NCBI GenBank assembly: GCA_032718475.1
Contig: JAUCBJ010007311.1
Span: 49,012-113,011, forward strand
Source: Nemertoderma westbladi
Lineage: Eukaryota; Animalia; Xenacoelomorpha
Direction of reading: 5' to 3'
DNA: 64,000 nt
The position numbers were made by a program, and so were the translations under genes. The notes under the pieces are model-generated. The model saw only the letters and a program-made list of their open reading frames with translations. It was not told the origin of the DNA and made no database searches. The number at the start of each line of letters is the position of its first letter. The stretch's first letter is position 1. Positions 50,487 through 60,893 of the stretch are shown here, one piece after another.

Positions 50487-50900
50487 AAGAGGTCTGTAAG
50501 GCTTGCGCGTTTGGATGTAATACATTTCAAGATTTTGCAAGACTGGCCGCATGTCAGCTGATCACTGATTGCTTGTAACGTCTAGGCCTTAATTTTTTTA
50601 CATACTTTGGTACTAACACACCTACCGGTAAGGTTCTTTATTTCCGGAGTACTCCGCCTCCAGAACCCAGCATACTTATATATTATTCACATGAATGTAT
50701 ACAGTATAACCACAGCAACGACTTTATTGCACTGCGATAGTTAGTGGTGCATATTTTGTTAAATATAAAAATATATTAAATATAAAACTACGATAATAAG
50801 TCCTTAGCCTTAACTAGTATGGGACTCGGTATAAGATTGATCCATTCCACACTAAAACTATTAGACCCCCATCCACATATTTCCGTAGTCAATTCGTTCG

Positions 50901-53750
50901 CTATTTTTTGTTAACAATCTGATATAAAACGCTTCCTACTCGAGGAGTAGTTTGTGCAGCATTAAAATTTGGTACAAACGGCACCGCCTTTCGTTTCTTA
51001 AAAGTGCCTAAGTTAGTTAATGAATTATCGGCTTTGTTGTGAGGTTGCCTTGGCGACGATGGAGTTTGTGGTTGCCTGGGCGACTGAGGTGGCGTCATCA
51101 CCCTTTGTGGAGTATTGTTAAGAATAAAGGGGCAGATGACAGTTGGAGTGAATTTACAGTTTCTTTTCACAGAAAACACTTTATCACTATCAGCATCCAG
51201 TCTAGGTCGCTTCACATGAGTATTTTTGGGGCTAATAAATAATCTGTAATTTGCGTTGAAACCAGTCATCGTCCCGGTATCAGTATATGGTCCAGGTTCT
51301 ATACGCGCTTTATCAGATAAGTGCGACGGTTTATCCCAGCTCGAAACGCACCCATGGTTGATACGTTTTTGGTTGAGTTCCAGGTGTGTTGGTGTAATCG
51401 TACCAGATTGGTCTCCTTTCCTCGGCTGGACAACCACACCAGACTGGTCTCCCTTCCTTGGCTGGCCAACCACACCAGACTGGTCTCCCTTCCTTGGCTG
51501 GACAACCACACCAGACTGGTCTCCCTTCCTTGGCTGGCCAACCACACCAGACTGGTCTCCTTTCCTCGGCTGGACAACCACACCAGACTGGTCTCCTTTC
51601 CTCGGCTGGACAACCACACCAGACTGGTCTCCCTTCCTTGGCTGGCCAACCACACCAGACTGGTCTCCCTTCCTTGGCTGGACAACCACACCAGACTGGT
51701 CTCCCTTCCTTGGCTGGCCAACCACACCAGACTGGTCTCCCTTCCTTGGCTGGCCAACCACACCAGACTGGTCTCCTTTCCTCGGCTGGACAACCACACC
51801 AGACTGGTCTCCTTTCCTCGGCTGGACAACTACACCAGACTGGTCTCCTTTCCTCGGCTGGACAACCACACCAGACTGGTCTCCATTCCTTGGCTGGCCA
51901 ACCACACCAGACTGGTCTCCTTTCCTCGGCTGGACAACCACACCAGACTGGTCTCCCTTCCTTGGCTGGCCAACCACACCAGACTGGTCTCCCTTCCTTG
52001 GCTGGCCAACCACACCAGACTTGTCTCCTTTCCTCGGCTGGACAACCACACCAGACTGGTCTCCCTTCCTTGGCTGGCCAACCACACCAGACTGGTCTCC
52101 TTTCCTCGGCTGGACAACCACACCAGACTGGTCTCCCTTCCTTGGCTGGCCAACCACAGCAGACTGGTCTCCCTTCCTTGGCTGGACAACCACACCAGAC
52201 TGGTCTCCCTTCCTTGGCTGGCCAACCACACCAGACTGGTCTCCTTTCCTCGGCTGGACAACCACACCAGACTGGTCTCCCTTCCTTGGCTGGCCAACCA
52301 CACCAGACTGGTCTCCCTTCCTCGGCTGGACAACCACACCAGACTGGTCTCCTTTCCTTGTTTGAGTTACCTTAGAAATGTACACCTCTCTACTGTCACA
52401 AAATTCCAGAATGTCCGAGCGTCCGTCTGGTGGTCCGAATCTGTCACAAATGTCCAGGAGGTCCTTGTCCATCCCATCTGGCATGCCTCTCTGACTGGAC
52501 AACTCATCCGTACTGTCCACATACCGGACACCCAACGCCCTGTGGGGTTTGCTCATTGGACGGATTATCTTTATGTGGAGTTTCGTTTTGTTGGACACCC
52601 TGGAGTTGGATGTGTCCGAGACACACTCTCTGTACCGGACACATGCTCTGTCCTGGACACATGCTCTGTCCCGGACACATGCTCTGTCCAGGATACATGC
52701 TCCATCAGGGGCACCCATCAACAGTTTCAGACCAGCTGGAACTCTCACGTTTCCACAGACACAGGACCGGACAAATTGCCCAAAATGACGGTCCATATCG
52801 GCCCGCTGGGTGTCTGGCTTCTCCATTCCAGACACTCGGAACTTCTTACAAGTCGGAACTATATGGGAGGGTGAAACGAGTTGGACGAAGTCGAGCAACT
52901 CGGTGTAGGACGAGTGATCGGAGTATGGGAAGACTCGCGTGTCTGTCCGGGACCGGGGTTGCAACCACGAATCCAGACCCCAATGTAACGCAGATGGGAC
53001 CACGACAACGGTTGGCCCTTCCGTGCGACTTAGTTGCTGTGATTCCGACCTGCCGCACACGTGGATTCGTGCCTCAGAACGTCTCATCGTGAAGATATCA
53101 GGGTACTGGAGTGTGGCGAGCACCTGGTAACGCTCTGGTTCAACACAAACTCGTTCATTGGTCGCGCGGGAAATCGCCTCCAGAAGTTCCTCTTTCCCAA
53201 GGAATTTACTAGATAGAATGATTTTTATAGTTGTTTCTTTTGGGTAAGCTGTTATGCAGGCTAGGATTCGGGATAGAACTTCATCTCGAGAAGGGAATAT
53301 GCAACGGGGATCACAGTAGGTGTTGTCGAGATATACTGTGTCAACTGGATTGTCGAAGAAACTGTCCATAATCTCCGGAGAGTAACGGAAGTCACCGGTG
53401 CACAGAACACGGCCAAAGTAGCCCTCTAGGAGGAACATAACAGCCCCTGGGGCGTGGTTCGCGTCTATAACAGTGACTGCGACAAAGTGTGCCGTATCGG
53501 GGATTGGAACCGCGTGGGTTTGTCCCACATCGAGAGGAACGACAGAGGACTCGAGAAGGAAACGGAGTTTCAGTAACTGGGCGGATATTGGGGAGCAGTA
53601 GATAGGTTTGGGGAATGATTCGTTGAGGCCATCCGTGTGGTCTGTGTGGAGGTGGGTGAGGAAGAACATGCGAATCTGGGGGTAGTGGTGGTAACGGAAG
53701 AAGTCTACCGCTATGGGAGTTTGGGGAATGGTGTAGCCTGCACCAGTCAT
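50901..53750 (-). CDS. DCLRE1B: 5' exonuclease Apollo / SNM1B-like metallo-beta-lactamase/beta-CASP nuclease, single coding exon, ~949 aa
   Basis: Likely start MTGAGYTIPQTPIAVDFF at 53750; motifs FLTHLHTDH, DANHAPGAVMFL, TGDFRY, YLDNTYC, GKEELL and PYSDHSSY; the nuclease domain is N-terminal, as in SNM1B and unlike SNM1A. Confidence 0.88.
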   Translation of the reverse strand: MTGAGYTIPQTPIAVDFFRYHHYPQIRMFFLTHLHTDHTDGLNESFPKPIYCSPISAQLLKLRFLLESSVVPLDVGQTHAVPIPDTAHFVAVTVIDANHAPGAVMFLLEGYFGRVLCTGDFRYSPEIMDSFFDNPVDTVYLDNTYCDPRCIFPSRDEVLSRILACITAYPKETTIKIILSSKFLGKEELLEAISRATNERVCVEPERYQVLATLQYPDIFTMRRSEARIHVCGRSESQQLSRTEGPTVVVVPSALHWGLDSWLQPRSRTDTRVFPYSDHSSYTELLDFVQLVSPSHIVPTCKKFRVSGMEKPDTQRADMDRHFGQFVRSCVCGNVRVPAGLKLLMGAPDGACILDRACVRDRACVQDRACVRYRECVSDTSNSRVSNKTKLHIKIIRPMSKPHRALGVRYVDSTDELSSQRGMPDGMDKDLLDICDRFGPPDGRSDILEFCDSREVYISKVTQTRKGDQSGVVVQPRKGDQSGVVGQPRKGDQSGVVVQPRKGDQSGVVGQPRKGDQSGVVVQPRKGDQSAVVGQPRKGDQSGVVVQPRKGDQSGVVGQPRKGDQSGVVVQPRKGDKSGVVGQPRKGDQSGVVGQPRKGDQSGVVVQPRKGDQSGVVGQPRNGDQSGVVVQPRKGDQSGVVVQPRKGDQSGVVVQPRKGDQSGVVGQPRKGDQSGVVGQPRKGDQSGVVVQPRKGDQSGVVGQPRKGDQSGVVVQPRKGDQSGVVVQPRKGDQSGVVGQPRKGDQSGVVVQPRKGDQSGVVGQPRKGDQSGVVVQPRKGDQSGTITPTHLELNQKRINHGCVSSWDKPSHLSDKARIEPGPYTDTGTMTGFNANYRLFISPKNTHVKRPRLDADSDKVFSVKRNCKFTPTVICPFILNNTPQRVMTPPQSPRQPQTPSSPRQPHNKADNSLTNLGTFKKRKAVPFVPNFNAAQTTPRVGSVLYQIVNKK
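51402..52360 (-). repeat. In-frame 36-bp coding minisatellite (QPRKGDQSGVV[V/G]), ~27 copies
   Basis: Visible in both DNA and translation; frame is preserved throughout. Confidence 0.95.
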
Positions 53751-54504
53751 AACGATGTTGGATGAGGAATAACAACCAAAAGGCCTCTTATTCACCCATT
53801 CCCATTGGCAAATTAATCTTGAAAATTACACATACTGACATACTGGTAGGCTTACACATGTTTAGACTACAGGTAGAATTACAATTTTCAGGAATAATAA
53901 TAATAGCACAGTAGGATCACCATCATGATCACACTAATCACATACAACTTTAGAACTTCCTACTGTTCTAACTTTCCATAAATTTACAAACCAAGGTAAA
54001 TTATGTACCTGGCAGCCTGGAGGACCGGTACCGGCTGACCGGTAGCTGGACTTCAGGTTGGAATTTAAGTAGAGTTTTCTCAACATGTGTGGCACACATT
54101 TAGGATCCTGACAGCTTGCCAGCCTGGCATGGCATGCATATGGTTTAGAGTGGCAGAGTGGTTCAAAAAAATATTTTTCTAATTTCAACTGGTCTCCTGT
54201 TCAATCATTGTCTAACCATTCATTCATAACTATGTTTAGTAAAAAAATTTCATCACAAACCCATGGGAAATACTCCCACGAGTATCTGCTTAATTTGCAC
54301 TTTAGCACCATTATTTGGCATGATATCAATAATAATCAGCCACAAAACTGAACTTTTGGTTAATTATATATGGGAATTGTTAGTTTAATTTGATTTTGAC
54401 TGATTTTAGTGTGTAGAATCCGAAAATCACATCGGATTTGGATTTTAAAATGATTTGGTGCATGATATAGGCCTACAACCTGACAACAGTACTATACTGT
54501 ACTT

Positions 54505-55452
54505 CAAATCAGCTAACAGCCAATCATATGTATCGTATAACACAGTCGCTATCTCCCTCCTATCTCTTATCATTGGTCCAGTTCAACTCTGTATCAGTTA
54601 ATCTCAGACATGGATGTACTCACGCTGTTGTTCCCTTGCGACGAACTATAACAGGAAGTGAATGCTTCTCGTTTCTAGGGCCGATAATATGGAACTCGCT
54701 ACCATTGGATGTAAGAAACTCTGTCTCCCTGGAAATGTTCAAACACAAAGTCAAGAATTACTTACTCGGCAAACTGGCAATGAAGGATAACTCGATTTGG
54801 AATTAATAAATTTGCAGGTTATGGCTTGGGGGGGGGGGGGGGGGGGGGGGGTTAACACATAACTCTTAATTATTTTTTGCGTTAAATTTCAGTTGTAATT
54901 ATTTGCTCTTTTTGCAGCTTTATTTCATTTATTTTTTAAATTACATACTACGGTCTACCATATTTTAATCCGTAATGTTTTATTACGTCATAACTATTGT
55001 TTTTTTTTATTTTCTTTTTACCTAAGTTTTACATATTTCGATTTTACGACCTATTCGAGCTGCTTTATTTTTAAATTCTTTCTGTTATATTTTTAAATTT
55101 CTAACTGAACTACGGTCTACCAGATTTTATTTATTTGCTCTGTTATATCTCTATCTGCACCAGAACTTTATTTTTTTTTATTTTTTTAAATTATGTACTA
55201 TGTCTTCCAAATTTTATTTCTTTGTGTCAGTCGGAACATCATAAATATATTGCTATGTCTATAACTTAATTTTTTAGTGTTTTCCATATTTCGAATTGCT
55301 GTTATATTTTTTTAATTACGTAGGTACTGTACTATGGTCTACCATATTTTATTTAGTTGCATGTTAAACTGCACGTGATTCCTGTGTAATTCCGTTTAAT
55401 TTAAAGGGACCTCCATGGAAACGAGGTATAACCTCATGGGGCTATCCCAAGG
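54505..55452 (+). mobile_element. 3' fragment of an L2/Crack-like LINE
   Basis: ORF 54528..54806 (FSFLGPIIWNSLP...FKHKVK) resembles the C-terminus of 56273..58693; T-rich 3'UTR and stem-loop at ~55405-55450. Confidence 0.8.
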
Positions 55453-56272
55453 ACTACTATACTACAGGACTGGCACACCCCTTCATCCGACTTCGCTAGT
55501 GAAGTCCATTGGTTTGGTATTGCTTTATATTGTTATAGACATTGTTATCAAAGGATTTTCATGAAATTCAGTACACAATCGTAATTATTAATAACATAAT
55601 ATATTTTGGTGTCAAGAAATAAAGGACGAGCACAGCGAGGCATGTAACAAAGTAGACGAGTGTAGTGTACCAACTATTCTTTATAGTCTTGAACGACCGT
55701 GTTTAGTACATTGTGCGACATAAAAACGATACGAACAGTATCCCTATCCCAGGGTAATGTCATGACACAGATGATAACGGATTCAACTAGCGGTAAATTG
55801 TCTATACAATATACATACATGGACCTCTCTAAATATTCTTTATCTCTGGTCATTTACTATCCTAGCAGTTCTCAAGCCAGGTTCCAGGTAACCACCACCA
55901 CCCCCCCCCCCCCCCCCCCTCCCTCCCCCACTCCCAACCGCCATTCTGATATTATTACTTTATAGGGCTATTATTATTAGGTACTTTATATTATTATTAG
56001 GTTCTTACTTTATATTACTAGTAGGTACTTTATGTTATTACTTTATTATTTATTACGATTGCCGACCCAATATTCCCCACCCCTGGGGAAACTAGGCGAA
56101 TCAATATCCCGCCTCAATGTTAAATTCTCAATTTAGGGAAAGGAGCAGGTTACAGTGGCACGTTATTTTAAACAAAACAATAAACTAAACATAATATAAC
56201 AGGTTACAGTTTTATTTTTGAGAGTAATCAGCTGTTATTGTGTATGTAACAAGAAACAAATGTATGTAACAA

Positions 56273-58693
56273 ATGTACATGGTCTATGTAACAAGAAAAA
56301 GAGTTAAACTTTCTACTGGTACACACACAACTCGTATATGTAGGTCCTTCAAACACTACTCCAAAGAACTTCTACTAAGCACTATACAAAACAACAATGT
56401 GCTACCTTCAATCCTTGGTGAATCTGACGTCAATAAAGCTGCTGAAACACTTTCGAATGAATTAAATAATATCTTAAACGACATTGCCCCAATAAAGGAA
56501 ATTCGAGTAAAGGCTGCCACTGAACCTTGGATCAACAGCACAATCACAGAATTGATACAATTGCGAAATAAAGCACTTGAAACTTTCCATCACCACAGAA
56601 ATGCTGAGAACCATATCAAGTTCAAAAATCTGAGAAACTGTGTGACATTTGAAATTCGAAATGCGAAAGCTGACTTCTTTAAGCAGAAACTGGAAGCAAA
56701 CAAATCCAACCCCAAAGAGCTGTGGAAGACATTAAAATGCATAGGGACACCTTCGAAAAAAGTAAAGAAATCCACTCACATATCAGCCCTAGAAGTTGAC
56801 AACAAAATAATTCACAATGACCAATGCATTGCTGATGAATTCAATAAGTATTTCACTCAAATTGCCAAATCGCTTGTGGACAAACTTCCGCCACCCAGTA
56901 CTCAATATTTAGAGGAAGTCCAGCAATACTATATAAACAAAGGAGTTAAACCAGATTCATTTGCTCTTTCCAATACTAACACTTCTACTGTTTCCAAAAT
57001 TCTAAACAATCTGGATGCTAGCAAAAGCTCAGGTCCCGACAACAACCCCCCTCGCATCTTCCAGGAAGGATGTAATGCCCTATCTCCCTACATCACACAT
57101 ATCGTGAATCTTTCTATAACCAATAATACCTTCCCAACAATATACAAACTTGCCAAGATTACTCCTGTTCACAAAAAAGCAAACCGCCTAATTCGCCCAA
57201 ATTACAGACCTATATCATTGTTACAGATTGTCTCCAAGGTTCTAGAAAAAGTCATTTTTGACCAAGTAATGGAATTCTTCCACTCTTCAAAAATTATTGA
57301 TAAATTCCAATCCGGTTCGAGGCCTGGACACTCTGTCCAGACCTCCCTGCTATTTCTAGATAACTATATAAAGAATGCAATGGATTCTGGTAAACTCGTC
57401 GGAATGGTAGCCATAGATCTCCAGCGTGCTTTTGATACAGTTGACCATAACCTTCTGCTTCATAAACTGAAATGTATTGGCTTTTCACAATCTACTGTTT
57501 TATGGTTCCGCTCATATTTGACTGGTCGCTCTCAATTTGTCCAAATTGCAAACTCTAAATCACAGGTATTATCAACTGATATAGGTGTTCCACAAGGGTC
57601 CCTTCTTGGTGTGCTAATGTTTCTCGACTACATTAACGACTTTAACCTCGCCATCGAAGGTACTTCTCTAACCCAAACACTGGATGCCACAACCCATTCT
57701 CCTTCGAATTCCAAGAAGACCTTGGGCAACAAGCACAACCTAGCAATAGGACCAGCGGTAGTTAGCAACAAGGTAATGCTAGCCAAACCTAGAGAAGAAA
57801 CTGTCGATACACAAGCAGACCCATCGCCAAAGTATGTTGATGACACTAACCTACTTACTTCTGGCACAAATCCTGCAGAAATAGCTAAGTCATTAGCAAA
57901 TAAGCTATCGAAAGTGTCAACATGGGCAATAAACAACCGTTTAAGCATACACCCAGAAAAGTTCGAGGTTATGCTTTTTGGAACTCATCAGCGACTTTCA
58001 GATGTTGACAACTTTAATGTAATCTACCAAGGTAAAAGTCTCCCAGCAGGAAAAACTGTTAACTTCCTTGGATGTCCTCTTGATCCATCACTGTCAGGTG
58101 AAATGGCTGCTCGTAAGGCTATTCGTAAAGGAAATGCAAAACTCCGCTTCCTCTATCGGAACTCAGCATCTATCCCTCAATCGCTCCGGCGGCCTCTTGT
58201 CAATACTTTGATTCAACCTCACCTTGACTTTGCTTCCCCTTGCTGGTACATAAGTGCCCCATCGCAACTAAAAAGGCAGGCAGATGCGTTATTGCGTAAA
58301 TGCATACGGTATTGTCTGTCTCGTCGACCTCGTAGCCACATCGGTATAGAGGATCTAGTTGAAATAAACTGGTTACCAATACGGGAACGTGTTCAGCAAA
58401 TAATACTAACACATATGTTTCGTATTCGTAACCACCAATCCCCAGCCTACCTGCAGGACTTGGTTACCTTCTCGGACAGCTCTGCTCGTTTACGTAGTGG
58501 GGTTTCTCAGGCTGTTGTCCCCTTCCACCGCACAACAGTTGGTTGTGAATCTTTCGCTCATCAGGGACCAGTTCTGTGGAATGCGTTGCCATCGGACATA
58601 AAAAACGCCCCAACAATTGAGACCTTTAAACACAAAGTTAAATCATACTTGCTTAACAAACTGATCGAGGAGGAAAACTCTATATATGCCTAA
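56273..58693 (+). mobile_element. 5'-truncated L2/Crack-like LINE with an open RT frame
   Basis: NYRPISLL, IDLQRAFDTV, GVPQGSLLG and YVDD motifs; most of the APE domain is missing. Confidence 0.9.
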
Positions 58694-59283
58694 AGGTTAT
58701 GACATAAACTCTTATGCTTTAAGATTGTTTTTAAGATAATACCTATTTCATGTATATACAGTACGTTTTTATTTTATTTTTATTTTATGTTTTTATTTTA
58801 TTTATGTTCTTATTTTATTTTACGAGGAGGGGATAACCGAAGGGAGGAAAACTCATTGCTAAAAGTTATGAGTGAAACTCCTATGCCCAGAATATTTTAA
58901 CTTAATGGATATTAATTAGTCATGGTTATTAGTAATATTTATATCTATTCGCCTAATTGTGTTTTATATTATTTAGTTCTTCCTAAATTATTGCAATTCG
59001 ACTTAAAATTTGCAATAATGTACATATGTAACATACTACAATACTATATGTATCAACTTATACAGAGGAAAAGGAGCAGGTTACAGAGACGAGATTTTCT
59101 AACCAAGTTTCTGACCATTTGTACCGGTACTGTCAGGCTGCCTAGGTTAGGTCTGTAGACTGCCTGACTAATGATTTTCTGATACCGGTAATTATAATTA
59201 TAATATATGTTTGATGATCGATCAACTCTGCAACTTCAGAACTTGCAACAACTGCTGTCTGAACTGCTGAACTGTCATCTACA

Positions 59284-60861
59284 ATGCCACCACAATCCCC
59301 AGATAACTCCTTTATTTTGAGTGACGATTCGCCCGAAATGAAATGTGATTCCTGCGGTCGTTCCGACGAAATTTGTCAACTAATAGAGGGACAGCCTACA
59401 TGTTCGGACTGCGTACAGCAGCTACTGCGCCTGGGACGACGCTCTCTATCGGAAAGGGTCTGTTTGGGGACTAATTCCCCCCCTTTGATCGGGTCTCAGC
59501 CTCAGGAGGCACAGGGTGGTCGACCTGGACGTGGAACAGTATCCACAGCCACTCGAGTTTCGACTGCTTCTCGGAGAAACACTAGATCAGCAGTGGCATC
59601 ACATATCAACGAACGTCCGCCACCGAAAAACGTCGGGAAAAAATCGTCTATGTCAACGAAGACCACCGGTAAACAAAAAGCGGGTGCCGGCAACAAACCA
59701 ACATCGAAAACTGGGTCCAGTTTCAGTAGGCCTAGTGATATCTCACCAATGGGGCCCCCTTTGGGACGATCATCCGGCTCCACAAATAATTCTAGCGTAA
59801 ATGTTTGGGCACCAAAGTCTTCCACTCCCACTGCTAACAACTGTACAGCTAATACGGTTCCAACCGGGTGTAAGATTTGCTCGCGCGATGCTTCCTCCTT
59901 TAACAGCCGCTGGATTGGTTGTGTGGGGTGCGAGTATTGGGTTTGCTACGAATGCGCCTTCGATGCCCTACCCTCCCGCCAGGTCAATGGTGCAGAATGC
60001 TTCTACGACCGAGCTAACTCCGGACACGACGAATATTCGCCATGGGTTTACCTGTGTCGCGACTGTCACAAATGCATTACTCGCAGTCGCAGCGATAAAC
60101 CGAAGAGTTCCGGAATCACTCTTGAGGATCGTGTTGAACAGTTAAGTAATCTAGTCGCATCTCAATCGGACCTTATAAGAACTGTGACTGCAGATCTGAA
60201 AACAAGGGAGGACTCCCTAGGTTGCGAGTCTAATGCTCCACGGGGTGTTCACAATAGTAACCCTGCACGTCTAGCACAGGTTGTTGAATCCTCCATTAAG
60301 GATGTACTTCGCAATGAGCAAATTCGCAAAGAAGTTATTGTCGCTCGCCTACCGGAGTCCAACGGCCCAAGTGCAGACAGAGCAGCTGTAACAAAATTAT
60401 GTGAAGAATTTTCGGTTGACCCGCTTTCCGTTGGTGATATATCAAGGTTGGGACGTCACTGTGAAGGTCGCGATCGTCTCCTGAAGGTTTCCTTCTCTTC
60501 CGACTTAGAGGCCCGAAACCTGCGAGTGAACCACAACTTGAACCGCTCCAACGAGAACGTCTCGGATATCTCGAGGAAATTAAGGATCCGACCAAGCCTC
60601 CCGGTAGGGGAACGGAAGTTGATGAGCGATCGATCAAAGTTAGTTCACTCACTGAACAATGCGGCAAACAACGAGGAGGTAAGTTTCAGTTTGCGATCGG
60701 ACGGTTCAATTTGGAAGTTTGAACACCACGAAGATGGAAAGTGGAAACGCAACCGCCAATGGAACCATCAACAAGTTAGCGATGACCATACGAGAAATCA
60801 CGCGTCGGAATCATCGCGGCCCTCAGTCGGAGTTCTCTCCCAGGCCCAGGGAAACAAGTAA
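59284..60861 (+). CDS. CR1-type LINE ORF1 (Cys-rich N-terminus, PHD finger, coiled coil, RRM-like region)
   Basis: CKIC...WIGCVGCEYWVCYEC...YLCRDC; VIVARLPE and RLGR...RLLKVSF; lies directly upstream of ORF2. Confidence 0.88.
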   Translation: MPPQSPDNSFILSDDSPEMKCDSCGRSDEICQLIEGQPTCSDCVQQLLRLGRRSLSERVCLGTNSPPLIGSQPQEAQGGRPGRGTVSTATRVSTASRRNTRSAVASHINERPPPKNVGKKSSMSTKTTGKQKAGAGNKPTSKTGSSFSRPSDISPMGPPLGRSSGSTNNSSVNVWAPKSSTPTANNCTANTVPTGCKICSRDASSFNSRWIGCVGCEYWVCYECAFDALPSRQVNGAECFYDRANSGHDEYSPWVYLCRDCHKCITRSRSDKPKSSGITLEDRVEQLSNLVASQSDLIRTVTADLKTREDSLGCESNAPRGVHNSNPARLAQVVESSIKDVLRNEQIRKEVIVARLPESNGPSADRAAVTKLCEEFSVDPLSVGDISRLGRHCEGRDRLLKVSFSSDLEARNLRVNHNLNRSNENVSDISRKLRIRPSLPVGERKLMSDRSKLVHSLNNAANNEEVSFSLRSDGSIWKFEHHEDGKWKRNRQWNHQQVSDDHTRNHASESSRPSVGVLSQAQGNK

Positions 60862-60893
60862 AGGGAGGGTCTAGCCCAGCACTGGGACCGTTC
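60849..60893 (+). promoter_or_regulatory. Candidate -1 ribosomal frameshift signal (G GGA AAC, 7-nt spacer, stem-loop)
   Basis: Slippery heptamer phased correctly in ORF1, one sense codon before the stop; ORF2 is in the -1 frame. Confidence 0.65.

Larger units (their letters stand above)
46348..50640. mobile_element. TIR-bounded non-autonomous element that contains the 34-bp satellite
   Basis: ~90-bp imperfect inverted repeats at 46348-46446 and 50552-50640 (core AACCTTACCGGTAGGTGTGTTAGTACCAAAGTATGTAAAAAAA); TSD not resolved. Confidence 0.72.

Noticed and set aside
51256-53092. Plus-strand ORFs of 305-517 aa
   Set aside because: Antisense shadows of the Apollo coding repeat.
53751-53795. 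Upstream GTG start of the 964-aa ORF
   Set aside because: Similarity to Apollo begins at the ATG at 53750; the extension is unsupported.
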